Assembly (NCBI RefSeq): GCF_000150275.1
Contig: NW_002060943.1
Location: forward strand, 1,890,987-1,954,986
DNA length: 64,000 nt
Direction: 5' to 3'
Source: Trichoplax adhaerens
Lineage: Eukaryota > Animalia > Placozoa
Shown: piece after piece, positions 27,716 to 39,273 of the stretch
Numbering within the stretch: the stretch's first letter is position 1
Layout of the letters: each line of letters starts with the position of its first letter
Position numbers and translations under genes: made by a program
The notes under the pieces: generated by a model
The model's database searches: none
Told to the model about the DNA's origin: nothing
Seen by the model: the letters and a program-made list of their open reading frames with translations, nothing else

Positions 27716-28554
27716 TCAATTCTCTTGAAATCCACATTTAAATCCACTTTCAACTTGCCCACTCAGCATGGCTCGAAAGAATATTAATAGCGTATATTAC
27801 TCAAGTCAAGGTGAAATGGATCGTACAAAGTTGCTCTTTAAATTACTGCTGTCAATTGATTTCAACTTTGTTAACTTCAAGTTAAAATCCTTTCCGCTCA
27901 ACCCTCTGTTTGTCACACTGAGTGTACAGTGTACAGAGTTATAGTCTGTACGTCCATGCGTCTGCTCGACGACAGACGGAGAGAGAGAGCGGAAAACATG
28001 AAATGAGTTCCGTAACATCGTACAGTAGATATTTTTATTTTAATTTGTTGATCAATTCCTATCCTTAAAATTGGTGATGGCTAGCAATTGACAGACAATG
28101 TCCACCATAGGCTATCATGGTGGATTTCATAATGCCAGTAATTCTAGTCCATACTGCCAGGGATACTGTCATTTACAACATCCAGCTGTACCCATACGAT
28201 AGCTTTCAAAACGGGATAAATGTGCAACTTGATAATTCTGTATTTTAGCACAACTCTACTTTAACTCATTGGCGACATCAAAGATAAACTGTACACTACA
28301 CTGACTACAGACTTTATAAAGACATTCATTTTCGATAAAGTTTATTCCGTCAATAAATAAGACTGAACTCAAAGGGTATATATTTTTAGAGTATAACTCT
28401 TTTACCGATACAAGATGCCGCTTTAGGGTCATATGCGTACTGCATTAACAATTTCATAAACAAGTCGAGTCATGTTGTAGACTAAAGGCTTGTGCCAATG
28501 ACCATCAGCAAGGCCTAGCCGTCATATTTATATCGTCTCTATCATTAAATCATA

Positions 28555-28995
28555 CGTGATCAAAAAGAAATGCAATATGACCCTCTACAGTAGCACTTTT
28601 ATACTGTACTTTCAGTACTCGTAAATGTGCAAACTGTAAATTAAAGGCAATTGCCAGTGTGCGATCAAAAAGCAATGCAAAAATGACCCTCTATAGTAGC
28701 ACTTTTAAAAGTAATGTATTTCCAATACTCGTCAATATGCAGACTGTAGGTAGATTCAAGTCTTGTGCCAATATGCAATCAAAAGCAACGCAAAATGACA
28801 CTCTGTAGTAGTGCTTTTAAAAGTAATGTGTTTCCAATACTCGTCAATATGAAGACTGTAGGTAGATTCAAGCCTTGTGCCGATACGCGACCAAAAGCAA
28901 TGCAAATTGACCCTCTACAGTAGCACTCTCGCAAGGTACTTGCAGTCCTCGCAATGTGCAAATGGAGATTAAAGATAAAGGCTTGTACCAATATG
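28555..28995. repeat. Tandem repeat, ~105-115 bp unit, 4 copies plus a partial copy near 29100
   Basis: GATCAAAA(A)GCAATGCAAAATGACCCTCTAYAGTAGCACTTTT...TACTCGTMAATRTGCARACTGTA recurs at ~28558, 28663, 28778 and 28889. Confidence 0.9.
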
Positions 28996-29684
28996 GATGC
29001 ATTCGATTTCGATATACCGTACGAGTATACAGTAAAGGCGATTAAAACGTAATACAAAATCATCCTGTACAGACTTTACGCTTAGTAACACTCTTGTACA
29101 GTACTTTCAGTACTTGTAAATGTGCAAACACTGTAGGGATAGTTATTTTTTGATAGCATTCCAGTGGAGAAATGAAAGCCCTAGCGATAGACTACAGTTA
29201 CTTACAGCATAGAGCATAGCTGTGAATGTGCAACGCACTTGGTAGTCTAGCTATTGACTTATAACACTTGCTGACTGGCATCCTACTTTCGATTTACTGT
29301 AGCTGTATCAACGGTGCACTGTTTTGATATCGCAGCTCGGTTCGATTCTTTCATCCTATTTTAGACTTATTATGAAAATCAATCTAATCCATTTCTTAAT
29401 TATATTTATTATTGACCAGGCTGTAAACAACAATTTTTCCCCATCAAGCCAATTGACGGGCCCAAATACTGCAATGCGCTCAAACGATGCACTAGAATAT
29501 TAATCTTTTTCGATCAGAAAAATCGGCCATCAAAATACTTCCGATAACCTTGAGAATTCATAAATAGAATCCATATGCGCATAGGAGGCTTCGTTGCATC
29601 ATCGATCCTACAGTATCGCAAGGACTACTTTCATTTCAAGCTAATATCCCCAGTCATATTGAGAAAGTCAAGATACGTAGAAAC

Positions 29685-31499
29685 ATGGACACTATTTCGT
29701 TGAATGAAGAAGATTGTCCAAGTAGTAGTAGTATTAGCCACGGATACAGCCTAGAATCCATTGAACTGAGAGACAATCTTGAATATGATGCTGATGATCA
29801 CGAGTGCCTCCTGAAATTTACCTCCCGATTTATCAATCGCCATATCCAATATGAGCTTAATGCTAAAGCTTTTCAATATTACTTGGATAAAGTAGACGAT
29901 TCGCCTGGGCCTACAACGTATTATTATCTAGCACGTTGCTATCTCTTTGGTTACGGTATAGAGAGAAATCTTGAAGACGCTTATGAATTTATGGTATCAG
30001 CAGCTCAACTGCGCCATCCGGATGCATTACGCGATTTAAGCTTATTATTTAGCTGCCCATCGACTCTCCATCATACTCAAACTTTCAGAACCTATACAGT
30101 CAGCGATTACAATTATAAACGACTCAAAATTACATCATTATTAATGTCGGCATCGCTAGGCAGTTATAATCAATCACTTCAAGATCTTTCCAATTTATCG
30201 CAATTCATTTTTTGGCAAGATATGATTTGCCATTTAGATTGTATTTATACCAATTTAATCGATCGTTATTTCGATGGAGATGAACGCCACTTAGTTGATC
30301 TTCAACAAATTGCCATGCGTAACTCTAAATTGTTACAAACTCACTCAAACTCCGATGATATGATTGATCGTATCTACAGGGACACTGTATTAACAACAGA
30401 AAATGAGCTCTTTCAAGACGCTAAAAATTTCTCTGAAGAAATTATCGCTGACATCTGCAATCAATTAGGCATCTTGCGCTATATTAAAAGCCTTCAACCG
30501 ACGGAAATTCATCACAAGGGAGAATTATTAGCAGATGCATTAAAGTATTTTCAATGTGCAGCTAAATTAAATTGTGCTGCGGCTTACTTTAACATTGCAA
30601 TTTATTATGATGAATTTATTCACTATCGTCACAATATGACTGTAACAAAACTGCAAGTAATGATGGAAGCTTCCGCTCGTGGCCATGCACTTGCACAATA
30701 TGAACTTGGCTACCATTATCTTAATTCTATGTCCGAACAAGAGCAGGTTCAAGGTTGGCTATACTTGATGCTATCATCAAAATTGGGCTATTCTGACAAT
30801 TTATACCTAGTTGGCATGAGCTATTTGAGAGACGATTGCCGTATATTTGATAAGAAAAATGTATACCTGGCAAAAACTATGTTTAAATTGGCTATTTTTA
30901 GTCTTGAAATTCCTAGTGCAAAGTATTCTAAAAGGGAATGTTTTCAACTTGGATTTGCATATCATCACAGCTTATACTTAGACGACGTACATGATAGTCT
31001 ATTATACTTTGATCGATATAGACTTGCTGCTCATTTTTACGCTTATGCTATTAAAAATCACCTCAATTTTTACTTGCCGTGTTGCTATTTAGCCAAGTTA
31101 ATAGAAAAGCGCCGCATCTATCCGTATGCTATTGAATATATTATAGAATTATATAATCTGGCCATCTGTGACGATGATATCGCTGTCAAAGGATATGCAT
31201 GTTATCGTTTAGGTAAAACTTATTCCAATCAATCCAGTGGTACCTATTATAATCCGTCAAAGGCTAACGAGCACTTTGCCAATGCACTCTGTCATTTTAA
31301 AAAGGTTAAAGATTCAATTAGCGGCCAATACCATTATGCTAATATGCTTCTGCAAGGGCTCGGCGTTGTGAGAGACAGAAGCAAAGCTATCGAAATTTTA
31401 AGTACTATTTGTAACCGTATGCGACATTTTGGCGATCCCTATAAATCCTATCTACAATCTAAAGCAGAGCGCAGATTAAGTCAATTAATTAAACACTAA
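29685..31499 (+). CDS. Sel1-like repeat protein SLR-1 (single module, 604 aa, single-exon)
   Basis: SLR-type units YYLARCYLFGYGIERNLEDAYEFMVSAA, AQYELGYHY, YHYANMLLQGLGVVRDRSKAIE. Family motifs LAKLIEK and YRLGKTYS. Confidence 0.88.
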   Translation: MDTISLNEEDCPSSSSISHGYSLESIELRDNLEYDADDHECLLKFTSRFINRHIQYELNAKAFQYYLDKVDDSPGPTTYYYLARCYLFGYGIERNLEDAYEFMVSAAQLRHPDALRDLSLLFSCPSTLHHTQTFRTYTVSDYNYKRLKITSLLMSASLGSYNQSLQDLSNLSQFIFWQDMICHLDCIYTNLIDRYFDGDERHLVDLQQIAMRNSKLLQTHSNSDDMIDRIYRDTVLTTENELFQDAKNFSEEIIADICNQLGILRYIKSLQPTEIHHKGELLADALKYFQCAAKLNCAAAYFNIAIYYDEFIHYRHNMTVTKLQVMMEASARGHALAQYELGYHYLNSMSEQEQVQGWLYLMLSSKLGYSDNLYLVGMSYLRDDCRIFDKKNVYLAKTMFKLAIFSLEIPSAKYSKRECFQLGFAYHHSLYLDDVHDSLLYFDRYRLAAHFYAYAIKNHLNFYLPCCYLAKLIEKRRIYPYAIEYIIELYNLAICDDDIAVKGYACYRLGKTYSNQSSGTYYNPSKANEHFANALCHFKKVKDSISGQYHYANMLLQGLGVVRDRSKAIEILSTICNRMRHFGDPYKSYLQSKAERRLSQLIKH

Positions 31500-32740
31500 T
31501 AAACAATTATCTTCTTGAATTTATTTCTTTCTGTAAAGTCCTACAAATGAATTGGCTCTTCATGAACAGAACTATTGCTCTGATCATAAATAATAAATCA
31601 GCAGTAGGGTAATTAAAAATCGAGCCAATAGAATAAATAATGGTTATATTGTACATAGGACGATATCAGCCTTATCACAACTTATCCAGAGGATATACTT
31701 GATCATTTGTTACTCTTACAAAGTGTATAGCAAGAATTTCATTAATCATGCTTACATAAATTTAATTTTTCTATCTTCTTTGCATTTAAATTTAAATATG
31801 ATAATTTAGACAATATAGCAGAATTTTCATCTATACTGTAGCGCGGTTTTGTTGCATAAAAATACAATATACTACCAAGATATATAATCATTGCCGCATT
31901 TCTAGCATTCTTAATCCTTTACAAGCGAAGTAGCATTACTGAAATATGGCAATCTGAATTAATAATTATGAGCATCGGCGTCTTAAGAAGCATATTATAT
32001 ATTTATTCTTTTTCATACAATGACTAATGTTGCGTGACTACCGCAAGCATGTTTTTGGCCGCCCACTTTTAATGTTACATTTAAATAGAATAATAATAAG
32101 AAGAAGAGTTTGTTCAGTTTTCATAATTGATAATGTCAGTTATCTGACAGCGTATATTTTGTGTAATTAGCATACAGTATAGCAGAAAGAACAGAGCAGT
32201 AATTAGTGACCATATAAGACCATTGTCTTGAAAGCAATTGTGGATTTGCTATCTTTACTTACAACATAATATAGTACAATTCAATTTCTCTGAGAGAAAA
32301 GTGATCGATTTTAAAATTTGTCTTTGTCCTTATTATACCACGCTAATAATGACAATAAATTAATTTTCTGGTTATTGCAAGCGATTTTGTAGTTGTGTTA
32401 TTAGTTTAAGTTAGAATAGAATACCCCAAATCTGAAATCGGATTAGACAACAAATTGACAGTACTTAAAAATAGGCCGATAGCTTTAGTAGTTGTACACA
32501 GATACGCTCAAGAAGTATCCAGTAGATAGCAAAAATTTTCATATTGTAAGACATGCATTGCTGGTCTATAATCATCCATTATTGCCAACTTTAAAATTTA
32601 TTATTTCATGATGATGGTAGTAAGAAATCATTTTTCACTTAAATCAAGCTTAATTCATTTTGATACTTGCTATAATTGACTGAAATTTAATAAAGGAATC
32701 AACTATTACAAAATCTAAATAAGTTATACAATATAATGAA

Positions 32741-35700
32741 TCATTGGCGCTGCATAGAATCTTTTAGCATATCCAGCTTATTTTGACATTTCTTCAGGTA
32801 ATGCTTAATAAAATAAACGTTGTTCTTACATTTACATCGTAATCCACACGAATAAAACTGTTTTGCCTTATTTAAATCTTTCCTTCGACCGCAACCAAAT
32901 TGACACATTACACCCAAATAATAATTGGACATACATGAAGTTGATGAATAATGTGAATGATTACGATAAAATAACTGAAATGCGCTGTTATAATGTTCGT
33001 TTGCCATATTTTGGCTATTGATATTTGAGTACTGTTCGCATCGACTATAAATTTTTCCTAATAAATAATGTGCGTAGGCTGAATAACAGTTATCCTGAAT
33101 GTAGATAGCTGATTGACATAGCTTTATCGCATCATCTAATTTATTTTTTGCTTTAATGTGATCATGGATGATTAATTTAGCTAAATAGCATCGACTTTTT
33201 GCATCCTCCATTTGATAAAAGGCATCAATAGCATAATAATGAGCAGCTAATTCGTAATGATTACTAGATGACCAATAATATTGATAGATCAAGCCTAATT
33301 CAGCAATGGGTAAATCCACTCTGTAACATCCTAATAGTTTATCCGATATGGATTGATGCAATAGTTGACGAGCCAGTTCGACATTTTTTGGACCTTGATA
33401 TTTTAATGTTATTGCTAAATCAGCCATTGCATCAGGGAAACCAAAATTGGCTGCATTGGTGACACAGCTTGCTTTCTTTTCATCGTCCTTAGTATTTTCG
33501 TCACTACGATCGCATTTACTATTATTGGTGTTGCAGTGGATAAAGAACATTCGATTAGCTCCAGGGTGATTTAATTCAGCAGCTTTGTGATATAAATTGA
33601 TATATTTCATTTTATTGTCAGCCAATTTTAGTTTAAGTTTAGTAAATGCATATAAAAATGTTCCTGCTGGATTTCCCAATTTCATTGATTCTTCAAGATG
33701 TTTCAATATTTCCTTGACAGCTTTCTGATCAGGCATTTTATAATTTAATTCTTTAACCATTAGTAAAATACCCATTTCTGCATGATATTTACTAGATGTC
33801 GTATTACTTAACCTTTTATTGATAAAGCCTAATATTTTTTTATTAAAGCATTTAGTTAAATCTTTGATCCTTTCATCGATGATATCGCGCCAGCATGAAT
33901 AAGCTTTCAAACGATCTTGCATAATATCAATAGCACGAATTGATCCATTTAACGCTGCTGTTACCAAATTTTGTAATTGTACTGTTGCCAATTCTCTAGC
34001 AGTAGTAAATACTTGATAATAGAGTTGTGGACAGTCGCCGTCTTCTTCACAACCATATAAAAATGATAAATTAATACTTGCCATAGGACAATATAATTCA
34101 GCAGCTTGACTATAATATTCGGCTGATAATTTGAAATCTTTAACAGCGCCACCAAGACCATATTGATGCAACAAACCTAACTTATAATATGTAGCAGCAT
34201 TGGGTTTATCTTGCAATTGGCTTTTAGCACATTGGAAATCGAATCGAAAATGTTCAACTGTTAACTGTTTACTGTAATATCTTTGGCTTATTTGATAAGC
34301 TTCCATCATTAATTGAATAGGTGAGTATCCCCATAATGTTTTAATTTCTTTATTTAACCAGTTCAGTTGATCATATAATTTAGCATTATCAGCATCTGCT
34401 GCAACTAGAATTTTACCTCGTAGCCAAGCTTTTATAGAGTAAAATCGATTTAAATAATTGTCAGTAAAATGAGCTCGAGTAATATAGAAATTGCGCTGAG
34501 GTGCTAACACAGGAATATGGCTACTTGTATTAGTGCATGATCCATCTTCCATCAATTTAGAGACAACATAGCGATCCATAGCCGCTGGTTTAACTAATAA
34601 AGCTTCTTCATTAAAGCAACTGAATGCAATATCCATATGCAAATGAACAGATACAGGCTGATAAAATGATAAATGTTGATATTGTTGCTGGCCAATAATT
34701 CTACCAAGCCTGTAATGACAATATGGAGCAACTTGTGTTGCATGTGAGTAAGCGCCATACTGATATAATTGGACAGCATCATTAATATTGCACTGAGATA
34801 ATTTACCTTTTTCGATTAATTTAGCTAAACGACATAAAGCCAAGCTAATATCATGATGTGGATAAATCGAGGAAGCGTAAAAATGTGCCGCTGTAGTAAT
34901 ATTGGCTTGAACCCCAATACCAAATTCATACATTAGGCCAAGGTAAAAATATTCTGTTCGATCAACTGGACCAGCCATACTTGGAGGATTGACAATAGCT
35001 TGAAAAAAGTAATCTTTACCTTGATCAATATCAATATAAAATGGTTGGCCAGCATTAAAGTGCATAGAACCAAGTTGATTATAGACATCTGAATAGGGTA
35101 ATGCTTTTATATAATTTTCTACGTAATATCGATGTTTTAAGATATTCCGTACTTCATTTCGACTTTCTCTCATACTTGCTTTCAATTTTATAGCAGCTAA
35201 TGGACAGCCACGCAAAACAGCTCGATGGTAATGTTTAATTTGATCTAATTCTTGTAAACTAACTTCATTGCCATGACATAATGGAGTATCCAGCTCAGTA
35301 TAAAATGCATAATTCATATCACCACGTGGATCCCCTAGTTGGCTTGCTTTCTTGAAATAATCGAATGATTTGGCAGGTACGCGAATGTCTTCATCACTAG
35401 CTTGATCACGAAGTTGATCTAATGTATTGCACTTATGGATCAAGTATTCAAGGAAGCCCAAACAGTTATACGAATCAATCAATATAATTGTATTCTGCTT
35501 TAATTGCTTAATAGTTTCGTAATTTTGCTCTCTAAATTGATTGATTTCTTGGCGCCAATCTTGACTTGATCGATACAACGATCTTAATGCTTGAATAGCA
35601 TCAGAATGGAGCCCAAAAGCTGCCGCTTTAATTAAATTATTAGCGTGTTTCTTAGCTAATTGTTGTTGATCGAGATGCTGATCATCAGATTGAATTATTT

Positions 35701-36082
35701 TGTCCCTATCTAATTGAAATAAGCCGTAATAAGCTAAAAGATGATTTCGTTGGGCAGCCTGATTATAATGGTATTCACTTTGTTTTTTATCGATTCCAAT
35801 GGAAGAATAACCATGATGAAAGTAGTAACCGAGTAAATAATGGCTATGGGAATCATCGCCATGCTGTAATTTAACATGACAATCTCTCATAGCCTGGTCG
35901 TATATTTCAGTTGTTAGATGTTTTTGAATGCATTTAGTTGCAATTTTGTTGATTTTATCTCCAAATTGTTGAAAAGTAAAATCCCATTGCGTTGATACTT
36001 GCCGTTGAATTAGCAAAGCAGGATCAGGTGCAACCTCGTCATCATCAAAAGATGATGATGATGATGAATAATTCATCATCAA
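32741..36082 (-). CDS. Sel1-like repeat protein SLR-2 (two modules, 1113 aa, single-exon)
   Basis: 3.3-kb ORF. FYLGLMYEFGIGVQANITTAAHFYA, YKLGLLHQYGLGGAVKDFKLSAEYY, YYLGVMCQFGCGRRKDLNKAKQFY. LAKLI and Y(R/L)LG motifs each occur twice. Confidence 0.9.
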   Translation of the reverse strand: MMMNYSSSSSSFDDDEVAPDPALLIQRQVSTQWDFTFQQFGDKINKIATKCIQKHLTTEIYDQAMRDCHVKLQHGDDSHSHYLLGYYFHHGYSSIGIDKKQSEYHYNQAAQRNHLLAYYGLFQLDRDKIIQSDDQHLDQQQLAKKHANNLIKAAAFGLHSDAIQALRSLYRSSQDWRQEINQFREQNYETIKQLKQNTIILIDSYNCLGFLEYLIHKCNTLDQLRDQASDEDIRVPAKSFDYFKKASQLGDPRGDMNYAFYTELDTPLCHGNEVSLQELDQIKHYHRAVLRGCPLAAIKLKASMRESRNEVRNILKHRYYVENYIKALPYSDVYNQLGSMHFNAGQPFYIDIDQGKDYFFQAIVNPPSMAGPVDRTEYFYLGLMYEFGIGVQANITTAAHFYASSIYPHHDISLALCRLAKLIEKGKLSQCNINDAVQLYQYGAYSHATQVAPYCHYRLGRIIGQQQYQHLSFYQPVSVHLHMDIAFSCFNEEALLVKPAAMDRYVVSKLMEDGSCTNTSSHIPVLAPQRNFYITRAHFTDNYLNRFYSIKAWLRGKILVAADADNAKLYDQLNWLNKEIKTLWGYSPIQLMMEAYQISQRYYSKQLTVEHFRFDFQCAKSQLQDKPNAATYYKLGLLHQYGLGGAVKDFKLSAEYYSQAAELYCPMASINLSFLYGCEEDGDCPQLYYQVFTTARELATVQLQNLVTAALNGSIRAIDIMQDRLKAYSCWRDIIDERIKDLTKCFNKKILGFINKRLSNTTSSKYHAEMGILLMVKELNYKMPDQKAVKEILKHLEESMKLGNPAGTFLYAFTKLKLKLADNKMKYINLYHKAAELNHPGANRMFFIHCNTNNSKCDRSDENTKDDEKKASCVTNAANFGFPDAMADLAITLKYQGPKNVELARQLLHQSISDKLLGCYRVDLPIAELGLIYQYYWSSSNHYELAAHYYAIDAFYQMEDAKSRCYLAKLIIHDHIKAKNKLDDAIKLCQSAIYIQDNCYSAYAHYLLGKIYSRCEQYSNINSQNMANEHYNSAFQLFYRNHSHYSSTSCMSNYYLGVMCQFGCGRRKDLNKAKQFYSCGLRCKCKNNVYFIKHYLKKCQNKLDMLKDSMQRQ

Positions 36083-39000
36083 CTATCTGGCTTAAACGAA
36101 ACTAATGCAACATGGGTGAAGATGATAATCAATTCTTTAGTATCAATTACAAAGTATTTTTAATCATCAATTTCATTTTGAATCCTCTTTTAACTTTGAC
36201 GGTTATAACTATTTCGTCAATCTATTATTGCCAGCCATATTTCAATTTGGAAGAGGACAAATAGAATAATGAATAGAAAAATATCTTCCGTCTTTAGAAA
36301 TCTAACAAATCAAACGAATATTGACGGCATTGAGAAATATTTAGTACTAGCACTAATGATCTTTTTTTACTATACTTCAATCGTTAAGTTAATTTCTATT
36401 CACACTATTAGAAAAGAAATTACGTATTGTGCCTATAGGCTTATTGCTTATCAAAGTAATAAATTAAATTAACATTTTCTGTTGGATTTCCCTAATCAAA
36501 TTTATTACTCACTTTGATCTTAATTTTAACTTTTTTTCATCTGCTCTTGGTCCAGTTCTACCTCTGTCTTTTTCTCTTTTTTCTTTCGGTCTAACTATAT
36601 GGATAGAGAAGTATCTAACTCAAAAACAATTCGAAATGTACATCAATGGGTCATAAACAAAACCGTCTACTATACTATCTTGATGGAGTAGAAACGTTAC
36701 TTTGGTAGGCATTGATCTTGTTTTGTTTTATCTAGACCAATAAAATTAAATTCCTTATTGATTCACTGATTTTAGTCTTGAATAAGGAAGATAATTTATG
36801 CATTGTTAAACAATAATTTAATTCAGAATAAAAGAGCCTTTTTAAAATAAGAAGAAAAAAAAATAATAGCTAAAATATTGGACCTCCCAAGCTAGACATT
36901 ATAGCCGGTTATTTTACACAGCCATCTTCTATTTAGATAGTGTAATAGGATATAGCTATGCCAAGGATAGTTAGAATGCGCTTAATGAGTTCTATTTTTC
37001 GTCACTAAATAAGCGTTTACATATCAATTGCTACCGCTATTTTGTCCCATTAATTTCTTTCTTGATAGTTTATAAACACGACTAGCATTAATATTTGTGA
37101 AAAGTTCAACTAGCCTAGAAATAATGACGGCATGATTTCGATGTCAAATTCTTAATGAAACTGAATAGAATATCGGATTATGTGTAGTTTATTAAGCCTA
37201 ATTAAAATATTTTAAAATGTTTAGAAACGATTGTATTCGTCTATCCAATATACTCGAGAGTCACTTTTAACTTGAAATAAAAGCAAAAATAGATCATATC
37301 GTAAACGAAATGAGTAAAAGCTAATTCATAGTTAATGAGTGGCATAAAAATCCTATTACATAAATTTAACTGAGGCTTTACTAAATGAAAATTGAAAATT
37401 GGATTACTATTAGTGATTATCATTTAATACTGACATACAAATACTAATAAACTGAGCAACTTCTTACTTTAAAAGCATGATATTGAAATAGCATTACAAC
37501 TTAATAGATGTCGAATAAGTTAAGAAAATATAGTGATAAAATGAAGCCATCTAAATTATCCTGGCTGACATAAATATATGCACTACTCTGAAGAAATTGA
37601 TCAAGAATGATATTGAGAAATGTGTATTCCCTAGTCTGTATAAGAATGTTGTACGTGATTTTCATGAAAGGTCTGCTTGCCCTACGAGTTATTTAGACGG
37701 GAATTATCACGAGAAAAATCCTCAATTCATACCAAAGCTTAATTAGAACAGCATATAGCCTATGAAGCTATAAAACTATTAAATGTAGTTGAAATTTTAA
37801 CTCCTGAGACTTTTATAATTTTACAATAAATAAATAGTCAATAGAAACATTATGACATCCATATTATTAGATTAATATAAATTTTGAACTTGAAAGGACA
37901 TAAGATATTCTTCGCCTTGAGAAACTTTCTAACCCTTAAAGGGTATCATCATATAGATCTAATAAGTAGTAGTTCATAGCTAAGTACAATTTATTGCAAA
38001 CATCGCTTTTATATTTCTAGCATGACTTAATTTATAAACCAATGAAAAGGAATAGATAATACTTGAATCTAATGCTAATTTATAGTTAGGTACAATCTGC
38101 TACAGTTAAATTTTATAAGTTGTCAGTATAATTTAATCTAAATGCAGTTAAAAGAAGATGATATCCTTTCTCACTTTGATCATGTTGGTAAATTACCGTA
38201 GCAAATGAGAATGATGAAGCTATGTCTTATATCTCACATTACTATTTTTGAGTAAATTGCTGGAAACCGTAGTAAAAGTCAAATTCTCATTTGGATTAGA
38301 CCATGATCTCGTTATATTCACTAATGATTCATCGATTGCAAGATCACAATTGATCATTCCTACTACTAAATACTGTATAGTCTCACAATTATCTCATTGA
38401 CTGGATGAAATCGTATATATTGCAATGATCATGTAATTTTTTAACTATTTTATTCGATAGTATACGCCTACTATATGTAGCCATAGATCACCCACTAAAC
38501 GTATAAAAGATTTGGCTATGCTAGTAAAGATCAGTATAGCTTGGACTAATAAGTGAGATGATTGTTGTACTTAAAGACTGGTATATAAGCCGGATAGTTC
38601 TAAAATTAATATATATGGCAAGCTAAGCAACAACCGACATACCTTATCATCTCGAAACTATGGTGCATTACTAATAAATATATGAAAGATTCGGTGATAT
38701 TAGTACCGGTATTTATCGATAATGCTAAGATTTTTGCCTCTTCAGCATTAAATATTTATATAGTACTTGTAATACTATCAAACTAATTTCTACCGCCTAT
38801 AAATCGAGTGAAAGATTACAGTATCTATTGACGAGATGATTAGACCTTCATTCATAGATACCGGTCAATATACTAGGAGAAAAGAAAGTATAAGCCAACT
38901 GAACAACAAGAATTTAGTGTTGCTTAATGAAAAGATTCCTTTCGAATATCAATATTTTATTTTATAGCATAGAAAGTTTAAATACAGACATAAAATCGAG

Positions 39001-39273
39001 ATTTGTTTACTGTTAACCAATCTAGAATCATATAACGGTGTGCGATTATGGGTACTTTATTGCATACATGAGACGACATCATCAGTAATGCTGAGTTCCT
39101 AAGAGATATATCTTTACTATTCAATGGATTATAAATTTATATAATTTTATGCAGGTTATCGCTACTTCAACATGATCAATACAAATGTTTAGCAGTTTTC
39201 ATAACTTGATATCACAATTGAAATAAGAAAATGAAATATTGTAGCATATCTGCTTATCTTAATTTAAATAGAA

